Shown here piece by piece: positions 42,752-53,517 of a stretch of DNA of 64,000 nt. The translations under genes were made by a program, and so were the position numbers. How positions within the stretch are numbered: position 1 is the first letter of the stretch; each line of letters opens with the position of its first letter. The notes under the pieces were generated by a model, which was not told the DNA's origin, did no database searches, and saw only the letters and a program-made list of their open reading frames with translations. Location of the stretch: positions 4,352,001 through 4,416,000 of the forward strand of contig OY970166.1 of assembly GCA_963706595.1 (NCBI GenBank). Reading direction: 5' to 3'. This stretch comes from an uncultured cyanobacterium (lineage in GTDB: Bacteria > Cyanobacteriota > Cyanobacteriia > Cyanobacteriales > Nostocaceae).

Positions 42752-43194
42752 CGTTGCGAGTAGTCATTGACACCAAAATTTGGATTCGCATTTTGCTAAA
42801 AGGACGAGTTACGTTGCCGATTTTGGAAGCATTTAATCAACACAAATTCCAGTTGGTAATGAGTCAACCTCTCATGGAAGAACTCCATCTTGTTTGGAAT
42901 CGCCCCCGTTTAAGAAAGCGGATTGATCCGAGTCAGGCAATGCGCCTGGAACAACAATTGCAGTACCGCTCATTATGGGTTGAATTGAAAACTATTCCGC
43001 CTCATTGTCGAGATCCTAAAGATTTACCTGTGTTGGCAACAGCTATTGATGGCGAAGCGAAAATTATCGTATCTGGAGATGATGACTTGCGGGCTGATGA
43101 TGACTTGAGAGCGCTAATGGGAAGCTATAGTATTCAGTTACTGGGCGTTAATTCTTTCCTGAAATATTTGGATGAAAGTGGTGAGTCAGGATGA
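42748..43194 (+). CDS. PIN-domain toxin (PIN_3-type)
   Basis: VVIDT, CRDPKD, IVSGDDDL. Confidence 0.85.
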   Translation: MTLRVVIDTKIWIRILLKGRVTLPILEAFNQHKFQLVMSQPLMEELHLVWNRPRLRKRIDPSQAMRLEQQLQYRSLWVELKTIPPHCRDPKDLPVLATAIDGEAKIIVSGDDDLRADDDLRALMGSYSIQLLGVNSFLKYLDESGESG

Positions 43195-43241
43195 TCTCTC
43201 TACTAATGTGCCGGGCTTTTTCTATTTTCATCGATACCTTT

Positions 43242-43577
43242 ATGACTATCAAAAAACTCCTTTTCCAAGAAATTGAATCTTCCCCAGACTCTCTTCTAGA
43301 AGAAACACTAGACTTTTTGCGCTTTCTCAAGACTAAGCAAGAAGCAGACAAAAAAGATATACCTGTCTCACCAATTAAATCAGAAGATACCCAGCGACTA
43401 CCAGAATCCAATTCAACAGAAAATTCTCAATTACCCTACCGTCCAGCTTCCGGGCGTTCCATTTTGAGACACGCGGGAACCTGGGAAGGCGATGATTTTC
43501 AAGAGTGTCTTCAGTCGGTTTACGCTACTCGTGGTAAAGCCAAATTCGATTATGACTTAAATCCTTTTGAGTCATGA
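43242..43577 (+). CDS. Putative antitoxin (DUF2281-like)
   Basis: [37 protein letters not shown] overlap with VapC. Confidence 0.7.
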   Translation: MTIKKLLFQEIESSPDSLLEETLDFLRFLKTKQEADKKDIPVSPIKSEDTQRLPESNSTENSQLPYRPASGRSILRHAGTWEGDDFQECLQSVYATRGKAKFDYDLNPFES

Positions 43578-44016
43578 ATCTATTAGATACCAACCACTGT
43601 AGTGCTATCATCCTCGGCGAACCAAACGTGATTCGTCGAATAGCTGAGGTAGGAGAATTAAATATTGCTACCTGCGTAATTGTGCAGGGAGAACTTACAT
43701 ACATGATGGAAAATTCTGCCAAGAGAGAAACTAATCTCGCTCGGTTGAAAGAATTTCTCGCAGATATACGCATCTACAGCGTTACAGAGGACACTGCTAG
43801 CATTTATGGTCAACTCAAAGCGGCCTTAATGAGACAATTTGGCCCAAAGACAAAAGCAAACGCAGAAAAACTCAAATAACAGACCTGGGTTTTGATGAAA
43901 ATGACCTCTGGATTGCTGCTCTGGCTCTACAGTATAGTTTTACTGTTGTATCTGCCGATAGCGACTTTCAGCGAATTATACAGGTAATAGCATTATCTGT
44001 TGAATCTTGGCTATAA
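43574..44016 (+). CDS. vapC: VapC PIN toxin (frameshift at about 43846-43848)
   Basis: LLDTNHC..GEL; adding one A restores [39 protein letters not shown]. Confidence 0.85.
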
Positions 44017-44188
44017 ATATTACTTTTTATCACAATATCTGCTGGCAACTATTCAAAATATTATCAATAGAAAAAATGATCGCACAACTCTAACTTACAC
44101 CAAGTGCGATGGCACTTTGCGCCCGCCGGAGGCGATCGCCTGAATTAGCGGTATCATATTAAAGATTTAAGCGAAGGCAAAACGAGCC

Positions 44189-45472
44189 ATGAGCCAAACA
44201 TTTGTGTGGATAATTTTTCCTATTAGCCTACTCATTCTCGTTACTTTCATAGTTCTCTATTTCCGAGGGGTATTCCGTTCTCGAATTTTCTACAAAATTA
44301 AGAATTTACCCTCACCAACCACAGCTAACTTTCCTGTCACCATAGCTAGTCTGTCAGATTCCTTTATCACTCAGGGTAAAAGTACCGGATTTTGTCGGGA
44401 AGCGACAGATATTTTTGCGGCGCGACTGGAAGTAATCAATAGTGCTTGTAAATCTATTCAGTTTGAAACATATATTATCACCCCCGGAAAACGTGCTGAT
44501 GATTTTGCTCAAGCTTTAATCAAAAAAGCCCAAGCAGGTGTTATCGTCCAAGTAATTGCTGATACTTATGGCGCAAAAACTATACCTAATAAATACTGGC
44601 ATACACTCAAAGCCGCAGGGGTGGAAGTGCTGCTGTTCAATCCTTTGACTTGGAGAGATCCCGCCGCTAACCTCAGACGCAACCATCGTAAGTTACTGAT
44701 AGTAGACGGAGAAACAGTCCTGATTGGGGGCGCTGGAGTTTCTGACTTGTGGGATGGAAAGGACGAAACTGAAAATAAGCAACCTTGGTTAGATTATGAG
44801 GTTAGTTTTCAAGGTTCCTTAGTGACTCGTTTCCAAGGTATTTTTCTCCAACACTGGCTAGAAGCGGGTGGCTCATTAGATTGGAACTCGGCGAGTAGTT
44901 CTCAGCGTCACGAACAAGAGGAAACCTTATTAATTACCAAGGGAGAAGATCCCACTCAGAAAGATTCGGGAATTCGCGCTCTGTTTGAATCATTACTACA
45001 AGCTGCGAGAAAGCGGATTTGGATCGCTAGCCCCTATTTTTTACCTAATCCCAATTCCTGCAAAATATTACAGCAAGCAAAATCCAGAGGAATTGAGATC
45101 AAAATTTTGACAATGGGAGTGCATAATGATAAACCGCCAGTCCGCTATGCTTCTCGGCGATTGTACCCAAAACTGTTAAAAGCGGGTATTGAAATCTATG
45201 AATATCAGCCTAGCATGATGCACGCCAAGTGCTTATTAATAGATGATGATTGGGTCAGTTTGGGTAGTGCTAATCTTGACTCCCGCAGCTTATTTCATAA
45301 TGACGAGTTAAATATTTCTACAAGCGATCGCTATTTATTCCCGCAGATGGAGCAATTTTTTCTCGATGGTTTTGCCAAGAGTCGGCTGGTTTGCAACAGA
45401 GATTTACGCCATCGTTCCTTGCAGGAGCATTTAATTGGAAGTTTGACGCTGTTGTTTCGCTGGTATTTGTGA
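44189..45472 (+). CDS. Cardiolipin synthase-like phospholipase D
   Basis: N-terminal TM, NHRKLLIVDG, SPYF, MHAKCLLID, GSANLD. Confidence 0.88.
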   Translation: MSQTFVWIIFPISLLILVTFIVLYFRGVFRSRIFYKIKNLPSPTTANFPVTIASLSDSFITQGKSTGFCREATDIFAARLEVINSACKSIQFETYIITPGKRADDFAQALIKKAQAGVIVQVIADTYGAKTIPNKYWHTLKAAGVEVLLFNPLTWRDPAANLRRNHRKLLIVDGETVLIGGAGVSDLWDGKDETENKQPWLDYEVSFQGSLVTRFQGIFLQHWLEAGGSLDWNSASSSQRHEQEETLLITKGEDPTQKDSGIRALFESLLQAARKRIWIASPYFLPNPNSCKILQQAKSRGIEIKILTMGVHNDKPPVRYASRRLYPKLLKAGIEIYEYQPSMMHAKCLLIDDDWVSLGSANLDSRSLFHNDELNISTSDRYLFPQMEQFFLDGFAKSRLVCNRDLRHRSLQEHLIGSLTLLFRWYL

Positions 45473-45592
45473 ATTTATCCTCAAAACCTCTAATTAGATA
45501 GATATAGATATTAGTCTGTAGATAGATTAAAATTAGCACTATTTTATCACAAAATAACGGAGTGATAGCTTTTTTTGGTGTTTAGATATATT

Positions 45593-46201
45593 ATGCAATC
45601 AAAACCTTTAATCTTACAAAAAATCATCCCTTTATCTTTAATTGTGCTTCTTCTTCCCTTGGCATCCTGTCAAGTAGAGCGAGAACAAGCAGGTCGCTTA
45701 CCTGATGTGAATGTAGAACCCGGAAGGCTACCACAATATGATATTCAAGGACCCGATGTGAAGGTCGGAGTGGCAAAGCGCACGGTTACAGTACCCAAAG
45801 TAATCGTCATACAGGAAGAACAAACCGTTGAAGTTCCTTATATTGATGTTGATGTACCTGGAGCAGACAGAAAAGAGCGGACCATAACAACTGAAGTTGA
45901 GGTTCCTTCTAGTGGTTACAATCTGGAAATTCAAGGTATATATGCCCTAAACAATGAGCTTTGGGTGGTTTCTCAACTTGAAGAAGAAAATCCCAATGCA
46001 CCAAATACAAGAGTACGTGTTTCTGATCGCGTTGTTGTTAATAGTCCCGATATACCAGTACGTCACTACATTATTGGAGAGCGTCCTGTGGGTAGCTTTA
46101 ACGAACAGTACACATTTATTAATAGTCGTCAGCCAATTGCTTCAGAATTAGAGTCAGGACAACTGCTATATCAAAAGCCGGAAGAGACTGCTTTAAAATA
46201 A
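45593..46201 (+). CDS. Lipoprotein of unknown function
   Basis: Lipobox LASC; GRLPDVNVEPGRLPQYDI repeat. Confidence 0.75.
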   Translation: MQSKPLILQKIIPLSLIVLLLPLASCQVEREQAGRLPDVNVEPGRLPQYDIQGPDVKVGVAKRTVTVPKVIVIQEEQTVEVPYIDVDVPGADRKERTITTEVEVPSSGYNLEIQGIYALNNELWVVSQLEEENPNAPNTRVRVSDRVVVNSPDIPVRHYIIGERPVGSFNEQYTFINSRQPIASELESGQLLYQKPEETALK

Positions 46202-46269
46202 ATCATCACCTAATTCATTGCACCAAATACAATTAATCGTAAAACTCTGAATAGTTTCCCACCTTAGTA

Positions 46270-46374
46270 GTGGCGTGACAAGCTTAAAGTAGTGCATTAG
46301 GAAAAAGCCGAAAACATTGATTTATCTGAATTTTCTCAAAAATCTATTGCAACATTTTAGCCTTGCCACGCTAG
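46270..46374 (-). mobile_element. Solo copy of the 105-bp TA-flanked MITE that forms the 56-kb array
   Basis: Reverse-complement match to array units; flanked by TA; followed by REP TAGGGTGCGTTA..TAACGCACC. Confidence 0.85.
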
Positions 46375-46490
46375 TAGGGTGCGTTATAAAGTCCATAACG
46401 CACCGAAAATCCAGGATGGTGCGTTAGCCCTACGGTTAATTTATATTTGTTCATAGAGATTAAATTCTTTTCGCCGCCTTGCTTACTCAA

Positions 46491-48887
46491 TCAGCATGAT
46501 TTATTACTTTCAACTTCAGCAACTCGGCGCTTCACTGCAATTACACTATCAGGGTTGAGGGAAATTGAATCAATCCCCGCTTCTACAAGAAAAGCCGCAA
46601 ATTCAGGATGATCACTGGGTGCTTGACCGCAGATACCCACCTTGCGATCGCTTTCATGAGCAGCTACGATTAAACGGCGAATCATTCCTTTGACTGCTGC
46701 GTTACTTTCATCAAATATATACGCCAATTCGGAGGAATCACGGTCTACTCCTAAAACTAGCTGGGTTAAATCATTACTACCAATAGAAAAGCCGTCAAAC
46801 CGTTGGGAAAACTCAGCAGCTAACTCAATATTTGAGGGAATTTCTGCCATTACATAAACTTGCAGTTTATTTTCGCCCCGCTTCAAGCCATTTTCTGCCA
46901 ATACTTGCAAAACCTGATCGGCTTCTTGGAGAGTGCGACAGAAAGGAATCATCATGATGATATTTGTAAATCCAATTTGTTCACGGGCGCGTTTCATAGC
47001 CCGACACTCTAAAGCAAATCCTTCACGGTAGCGATCGCTATAATAGCGAGATGCGCCCCGAAATCCTAACATCGGATTTGCTTCTTTTAACTCAAATTGT
47101 TTACCACCAATTAAATTAGCATACTCATTGGTTTTAAAATCGCTCATTCGCACAATCACAGGACGGGGATATTGAGAAGCGGCAATTTTTGCCATCCCCC
47201 GCGCCAAATGATCCACAAAATACTCGGTTTTATCTTGATAGCCGTAAGTTAAATTCTGAATCTGCTTACGTGTACCTCTATCTTTTAAATCATCAAAATG
47301 CACCAAAGCCATCGGGTGAATTTTAATAATATTATTGATAATAAATTCCATCCGCGCCAAACCAATACCATCACAAGGTAAACGCCACCAACGCAAAGCC
47401 GCCCCCGGACTGGCAATATTTAGCAATATCTGCGTTTTGGTGTGAGGGATATTTTCCACATTTACCTCAGTCTCCTCAAACTGCAAAATGTCCTTATAGA
47501 TATAGCCTTGGTCGCCCTCAGCGCAAGAAATCGTAATTTCCTGCTGATTTTGCAAAACTTCGGTTGCTTTATCCGTGCCGACAATCGCCGGAATTCCTAA
47601 CTCACGGCTGACAATCGCAGCGTGACAAGTTCTTCCACCGTGGTCTGTGACAATCCCGGCGGCGCGTGTCATTACTGGAACCCAGTCAGGGTCTGTCATC
47701 TGCGTGACGAGAATTGACCCATCTTGAAAATCTCGAATATCTTCGGCACTTTCAATGAGACATACTTTACCAGATGCGATCGCCTCGCCAATACTCAAGC
47801 CAGTCAGGATTTTCTCACCCTTTTCTTGCAAACTATAAGTCTTCAGAGAAGCAGCCACTTTTTGCCTTTGGACAGTTTCTGGACGCGCCTGGACAATAAA
47901 CAAATCACCCGTTTCGCCATCCTTCGCCCATTCCATATCCATCGGCTGGTTATAGTGGGTTTCAATCACAGTCGCCCAAGCAGCTAATTGTAAAATCTCC
48001 TGATCTGATAGCACAAAAGTTTGACGTTCTGCTGGAGATGTGTTAATGTTTTTAGTAGACTGAGTACCACCCTTGGCATAAACTAGCTTTTTCTGTTTAT
48101 CCCCCAAAGTTTTCTCAATCACAGGTTTAAAATTATCTTGATGTAGCAAAGGTTTAAACACCCGATACTCATCCGGTGTCACAGTTCCTTGGACAACATT
48201 TTCACCTAAACCCCAAGCCGCATCAATCAAAACAATATCTGGGAAACCCGTTTCCGTATCAATGGAAAACATCACCCCAGCACTGGCTTGATCAGAGCGT
48301 ACCATCTTTTGCACACCAATGGAAAGAGCCACTTTTGTATGCTCAAAACCTTGGGCTTCTCGGTAACTAATCGCTCTGTCTGTAAATAGTGAAGCGTAGC
48401 ATTTACGGCAGGCATCTAATAATTCTACTTCACCGGTGATATTTAGAAACGTTTCCTGCTGACCGGCAAAACTCGCTTGGGGTAAATCTTCGGCTGTGGC
48501 GCTGCTTCTCACAGCCACATCAACCTCATGGTTATGGTAGTTTTGACAAAGTTGATGATAAGCATCTTTAATCGCTGCGGCGATGTCTGCGGGAAATTCC
48601 GCCGCTAAAAATAACCGCCGGATAGACTTACCAACCTTATCTAAGGGAGTTTTACCGCTTTGCAGTTGTTCTAAATGAGACTGAATTTTCTCTGTGAGTT
48701 GATTTGCTGTTAAAAATTGCCAATAAGCATCGGCGGTAGTAGCGAAACCATCAGGAACGCGAATACCTTTATCTTTGAGACTGGCTATCATTTCTCCCAA
48801 AGAGGCATTTTTACCGCCGACAATGGCGACATCATCGGATTTGAGAGTTTCAAACCAACGTATATGAGAGTTTTGCGGAGTTGACAT
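46491..48887 (-). CDS. ppsA: Phosphoenolpyruvate synthase
   Basis: VGGKNASLGE, AVRSSATAED, GGRTCHAAIVSRE, SIGSNDLTQ, GICGQ. Confidence 0.96.
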   Translation of the reverse strand: MSTPQNSHIRWFETLKSDDVAIVGGKNASLGEMIASLKDKGIRVPDGFATTADAYWQFLTANQLTEKIQSHLEQLQSGKTPLDKVGKSIRRLFLAAEFPADIAAAIKDAYHQLCQNYHNHEVDVAVRSSATAEDLPQASFAGQQETFLNITGEVELLDACRKCYASLFTDRAISYREAQGFEHTKVALSIGVQKMVRSDQASAGVMFSIDTETGFPDIVLIDAAWGLGENVVQGTVTPDEYRVFKPLLHQDNFKPVIEKTLGDKQKKLVYAKGGTQSTKNINTSPAERQTFVLSDQEILQLAAWATVIETHYNQPMDMEWAKDGETGDLFIVQARPETVQRQKVAASLKTYSLQEKGEKILTGLSIGEAIASGKVCLIESAEDIRDFQDGSILVTQMTDPDWVPVMTRAAGIVTDHGGRTCHAAIVSRELGIPAIVGTDKATEVLQNQQEITISCAEGDQGYIYKDILQFEETEVNVENIPHTKTQILLNIASPGAALRWWRLPCDGIGLARMEFIINNIIKIHPMALVHFDDLKDRGTRKQIQNLTYGYQDKTEYFVDHLARGMAKIAASQYPRPVIVRMSDFKTNEYANLIGGKQFELKEANPMLGFRGASRYYSDRYREGFALECRAMKRAREQIGFTNIIMMIPFCRTLQEADQVLQVLAENGLKRGENKLQVYVMAEIPSNIELAAEFSQRFDGFSIGSNDLTQLVLGVDRDSSELAYIFDESNAAVKGMIRRLIVAAHESDRKVGICGQAPSDHPEFAAFLVEAGIDSISLNPDSVIAVKRRVAEVESNKSC

Positions 48888-48987
48888 AGGTTTTTTTTAA
48901 ACGCAAAGGTACGCGGAGGTTAACGCAAAGGTACGCAGAGATTTCTTTCTTCTCTTCCTTGGCGTTCTTGGCGACTTGGCGGTTCGT

Positions 48988-50004
48988 TTAAACAGTTTGC
49001 AGAGGTCGAGAGATTTTCGCCATTTTTTGGGCTTGTCGAACCATTTGACTGGCGTAACCCCATTCATTGTCATACCAACTCATGATTTTTACTAAGTCGC
49101 CATCGACAACTTGAGTCATGCTTAAATCGACTATGGAGGCGCGCGAATCTTGGATGATATCAGATGAAACTATCGGATCTTCGCAGACACCTAAAATACC
49201 TTGGTATCGTTGGTTATTGGTTTCTTCTCTAAAAATATTGTTGATTTCTTCGACAGTGGTTGGTCTTTCGGTGACAAAGGTGATATCTGCAATGGAACCG
49301 ACTGTTACAGGAACCCGTATCGCCGCGCCATCAAACTTGTTTGCGTATTGGGTGAGAACTTGAGCAGTGGCGATCGCAGCCCCGGTTGTAGTTGGTACTA
49401 TATTAGCAGCCGCAGCTCTACCCCTAGTAAACTTCTTATGCGGTCTATCTACTAATTCTTGAGTGGAAGTATAGGCGTGAACTGTGGTCATAATCGCCTT
49501 TTTTACTCCGATTTTTCTGCCCATCACTTCGACTACAGGAGTAATGCAATTAGTGGTACAACTGGCACAAGAAACCATCCGCTCTGATTCCGGGATTTCG
49601 TTAACGCCGTACACAATTGTCTGAATACCTTCACTCTTGGGTGGAGCCGATAAGATCACGTTTTTAGCTCCGGCTTGCAGATGTTTTTTTAATTCTTGTT
49701 TCTTCGTGAATCTTCCTGCACATTCAAAAACGATATCAATATCTAAATCACGCCAAGGCAGGTTAATTGGGTCTTGCTCGTTAAATACTGGATATTTTTT
49801 ACAACTAATTATTAAATTATTACTATTGCTTTCTACAGGTTTTTCATATCTACCATAAACAGTATCATATTTCAATAAATAAGCCAAGTTATCTGGGGGG
49901 ATGATCTCGTTTATAGCTACTAATTCTAATTCGCTAGTATTCAGGACAATCTTTAAAACTGCTCTGCCAATTCTACCTAATCCATTAATTGCTACTCTTG
50001 TCAT
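48988..50004 (-). CDS. gap3: Glyceraldehyde-3-phosphate dehydrogenase (Gap3-type)
   Basis: [38 protein letters not shown]. Confidence 0.85.
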   Translation of the reverse strand: MTRVAINGLGRIGRAVLKIVLNTSELELVAINEIIPPDNLAYLLKYDTVYGRYEKPVESNSNNLIISCKKYPVFNEQDPINLPWRDLDIDIVFECAGRFTKKQELKKHLQAGAKNVILSAPPKSEGIQTIVYGVNEIPESERMVSCASCTTNCITPVVEVMGRKIGVKKAIMTTVHAYTSTQELVDRPHKKFTRGRAAAANIVPTTTGAAIATAQVLTQYANKFDGAAIRVPVTVGSIADITFVTERPTTVEEINNIFREETNNQRYQGILGVCEDPIVSSDIIQDSRASIVDLSMTQVVDGDLVKIMSWYDNEWGYASQMVRQAQKMAKISRPLQTV

Positions 50005-50131
50005 AATTTACCTGCTTTTGGAATTAATGAATGTTATTTTTTATGAGGAAGGAAATCAGGCAATTTAGCGATATGATTCAATCAGGAAGGCGGGCAGGAT
50101 GCCCACCCCACAATATGGCTAAAATCTTCAC

Positions 50132-50365
50132 CTAATGGGCTACAAGTTGCTCGGTGCGCTGTGCTAATAGCTGCTTGGCTCGCTCTGCTGTATTCTGGTT
50201 TTGCTTTTTCACGTCTTGGAAGAATTGAGTTAAATCGCGATCGCCTGCTTGTTGGGCATCGTTAAGATATGTTTCACAGCAAGCACAACATTGCAAAGCG
50301 TGGTATAATACACTAATCAAATTAAAGTGTTCGTCGCTTGTTCCAGTATGATATTTGTCAGGCAT
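50132..50365 (-). CDS. Small conserved helical protein
   Basis: 77 aa, NLISVLYHALQ..YLNDAQQAGDRDLTQFFQ; AGGAG RBS. Confidence 0.75.
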   Translation of the reverse strand: MPDKYHTGTSDEHFNLISVLYHALQCCACCETYLNDAQQAGDRDLTQFFQDVKKQNQNTAERAKQLLAQRTEQLVAH

Positions 50366-50453
50366 TGTCTTGACTCCTGGTGACAGTAGTTTCTAAGGTA
50401 ACTGTGTCTTTTGCAATTAACTCCTACCAGAGGAAATAATTAGACATTAATGC

Positions 50454-52343
50454 TCATACTCCTACTGGCTGTCTAACTTGCGATTTCACAGCTTCTACAA
50501 TGGCATCCGCATCAATTTTGGCAGCATGAAGTAGTTCTTCTGGTGTCCCTGAACTCGGCATATCTCGTACCGCTAATTTAATTAATTGCAGTTGGGGACC
50601 ATCATAAATGGGTGTATTGCTAGTACCTGCAAAGGCATCCAGTACCGCCGCACCGAGTCCGCCTTCTATCCAATGGTCTTCTACAACGACTAAATTTCCT
50701 TCTGTATCCCGTGCGGCTTGATGCAATGTCTGCACATCAATGGGTTTGACTGAGTACGCATCGATGACGCGGACTGTGATTCCTTCGTCTTTCAGTCTGT
50801 CGTAAGCCTTAATGGCTTCATGGAGAGTAATACCTGCACCAATTACCGCCGCTTGATCTTGGTCAGAACTGCGAATGATTTTGCTACCACCAATGGGAAA
50901 TTCTTCCTGAGCATCATAGATGATATCTGTTTTTTCTCTGGTTGTGCGAAGATAAACAATACCATTGCGATCGCTCATTTGGGCAACTAATTTCGCTGTC
51001 TGATTGGCATCACTGGGATACAGTACAGTACTACTCCACACAGCGCGAAATGCGGCTAAATCTTCCAAACCCATCTGTGAAGCACCATCCTGTCCAATGG
51101 ATACTCCAGCATGAGAACCCACTAATTTAATATTGGCACGAGAGACAGCCGCCATCCGTACAAAGTCGTAAGCACGAGTGAAGAAAGCCGCGAAAGTAGA
51201 AGCGAAGGGTTTGTATTCTCGCACCTGTAAACCCACCGCAGCTGCTACCATTTGCTGTTCAGCAATGTACATTTCAAAGTAGCGCTCAGGGTAAGCTTCG
51301 GCAAAATCTTCGGCGTAAGTGGAATTACTCACCTCTGCATCAAGGGCAATGACATTGGGTTGTGCAGCACCTAATGCAACTAAAGCATCACCATAAGCGC
51401 GTCGTGTTGCGACTTTTGCACCTTTGTTGTACGTAGGTAGTTGCAATGGTTGAGCATTCCCAATACTTGCTGGTTGTCCTTGGTCGTCAGGTGTATCCAC
51501 TGAAATTATAATCTGTCTTTCACCACCTAACTCAGCGATCGCTCGTTTCGCATCCTCAGATTCCAGGGCTTTACCATGCCAACCACCCAAATCTTCTAGA
51601 GAAGCGACACCTTTACCTTTCTTCGTGCGGGCGATAATCACTGTGGGGCGATCGTTAACAGCCACAGCAGCGCTATATGCTTGATCTATCTCGGTTAAAT
51701 CATGACCATCAATTTCAATGGCTTGCCAACCAAAGGCTGTAGCACGTTTAGCATAGGCTTTTGTATTCCAACCCAATTCAGTTTGACCCCGTTGACCGAG
51801 GCGATTAACATCGATAATGGCAATTAAATTATCTAAGGTATAGTGTGCAGCATGATCGAAAGCTTCCCAAACTGAGCCTTCGGCGGTTTCACTATCACCC
51901 AGCAGCACCCAGGTATGATAAGGTAATTGGTCTAAATATTTACCTGCTAAAGCTATCCCCACACCAATGGGTAAACCTTGTCCTAAAGAACCGGTGGCGA
52001 CATCAACCCAAGGTAAAAGCGGTGTGGGATGACCTTCTAAACGACTACCAAAATGACGAAGCGATCGCAATTCGTCATCGTTGATTACACCTGCTGCTTT
52101 ATACATACTATATAATAGTGGTGCAGCATGACCTTTAGAGAGAATCAAGCGATCGTTATTGGGGTTATCTGGATTATTGAAATCATAGCGGATATACTTA
52201 GAGAGTAAAACCGCCATCAAATCAGCCGGCGACATAGACGAGGTAGGATGACCCGAACCCGCAACGGTAGTAGTGCGAATACTATCTACGCGTAACTGTT
52301 GCGCTAATTCATGCCATCTGTGCAGTTGCTCCTGTGTAGTCAT
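50454..52343 (-). CDS. tkt: Transketolase (short, animal/actinobacterial-like subtype)
   Basis: GHPTSS, SKGHAAP, TGSLGQG, GDSETAEG, IAEQQMV, SHAGVSIGQDGASQM. Confidence 0.93.
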   Translation of the reverse strand: MTTQEQLHRWHELAQQLRVDSIRTTTVAGSGHPTSSMSPADLMAVLLSKYIRYDFNNPDNPNNDRLILSKGHAAPLLYSMYKAAGVINDDELRSLRHFGSRLEGHPTPLLPWVDVATGSLGQGLPIGVGIALAGKYLDQLPYHTWVLLGDSETAEGSVWEAFDHAAHYTLDNLIAIIDVNRLGQRGQTELGWNTKAYAKRATAFGWQAIEIDGHDLTEIDQAYSAAVAVNDRPTVIIARTKKGKGVASLEDLGGWHGKALESEDAKRAIAELGGERQIIISVDTPDDQGQPASIGNAQPLQLPTYNKGAKVATRRAYGDALVALGAAQPNVIALDAEVSNSTYAEDFAEAYPERYFEMYIAEQQMVAAAVGLQVREYKPFASTFAAFFTRAYDFVRMAAVSRANIKLVGSHAGVSIGQDGASQMGLEDLAAFRAVWSSTVLYPSDANQTAKLVAQMSDRNGIVYLRTTREKTDIIYDAQEEFPIGGSKIIRSSDQDQAAVIGAGITLHEAIKAYDRLKDEGITVRVIDAYSVKPIDVQTLHQAARDTEGNLVVVEDHWIEGGLGAAVLDAFAGTSNTPIYDGPQLQLIKLAVRDMPSSGTPEELLHAAKIDADAIVEAVKSQVRQPVGV

Positions 52344-52779
52344 AATACTTTTCCTAAATGAAAATACAGGTAATTTATAAAATTCGGCAATTTTTTTGGC
52401 TAAGTTGAGCTATTTACCCGGATAAATTCCCACTATGCTCTATCCCCAAACAAAGATTTTCATGTTTAATTTTGTTATGAGTAATAACTAGCCAATAACC
52501 AAAATTGCTCAGAAAGTTATTTATGTCTTCCTGGGTTCACTTTAGAGAGTAGGAGTTATAATAACTTCTTTCTAATGGAATAACTACCCTTTCTTTCTTA
52601 GGGTATATATAGCTAATTCCAGTATTTATGTATTTTTATAAAGCATAAATTTTAGATAATTAAAGAGTTATAATTGTGCTTACCAATGACTAAATCTGAA
52701 TGTGGGTGAAAAAGTCCGCCTGTATATCAAGGTTGCTCAGGAATATGAATTAAATAACATCCAAATTCTGGTTTTTGAC

Positions 52780-52921
52780 CAAAGAAAAAAAGGAGACAAG
52801 CCCCTAAATTTATTTATGGAGAATAAAAAAGTGAAACAACATTAATTCAAGCCCACGGATAAATCCGGGGGGTATTTAATTTTGAATTTTGAATTTTGAA
52901 TTCGGAGCGCAGCGACGTGAC
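52780..52921 (+). mobile_element. Putative IS200/IS605-type palindrome-associated mini-element
   Basis: TGAC before the left end, CAAG+hairpin twice, ends in TGAC; contains (TTTTGAA)n. Confidence 0.5.
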
Positions 52922-53030
52922 CTCACCTCGCCTTTAACGTGCGTCAAATTCTCCCCTCTCCTTAGTAAGGAGAGGGGTTGGGGGTGAGGTTCTGTATTTT
53001 ATTAAATCCGCATTCCTAATGCAAAATAAT

Positions 53031-53501
53031 TCATCCATTCGCTAATAATTTTTCCATGACAAAATTGATTAATTTTTGCCCTCTTCGTTCTACTTCTTGT
53101 TTTTTCACAACCATAAAATTCTTTCTTGCAAAAAAAGGTTTAGCTGTAATACTGGCTTCTACAAATAACTTTTTAATTTCTAAACCTCTGGCTGTTAATT
53201 CAATTTCCTCTAAGATTTTAGTCCCAACTCCTTGCCCTTGAAAATCTTTATGGCAATAAAAGCGGTCAATGTGTCCATTTGCCTCTAGTTCCCCAAAACC
53301 CATAATTTTACCATCCTCTTCCGCGACATAAGTAAACTTACTTTTTAAGCTGTTCATCCAAACTTCAACATCCATATTTACTGAGGTCCAAGCATCGATT
53401 TGTTCTTTGGTATAATCACGAATATTCACTCCCTGAATAGTGTCATAGAACAACTGCATAATTGCTTCCGTATCACCTATTTCGTATCTTCGTACTTTCA
53501 T
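53031..53501 (-). CDS. GNAT N-acetyltransferase (YafP-like)
   Basis: HIDRFYCHKDFQGQGVG, EASITAKPFF. Confidence 0.9.
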   Translation of the reverse strand: MKVRRYEIGDTEAIMQLFYDTIQGVNIRDYTKEQIDAWTSVNMDVEVWMNSLKSKFTYVAEEDGKIMGFGELEANGHIDRFYCHKDFQGQGVGTKILEEIELTARGLEIKKLFVEASITAKPFFARKNFMVVKKQEVERRGQKLINFVMEKLLANG

Positions 53502-53517
53502 AATTAATGTATATTTT

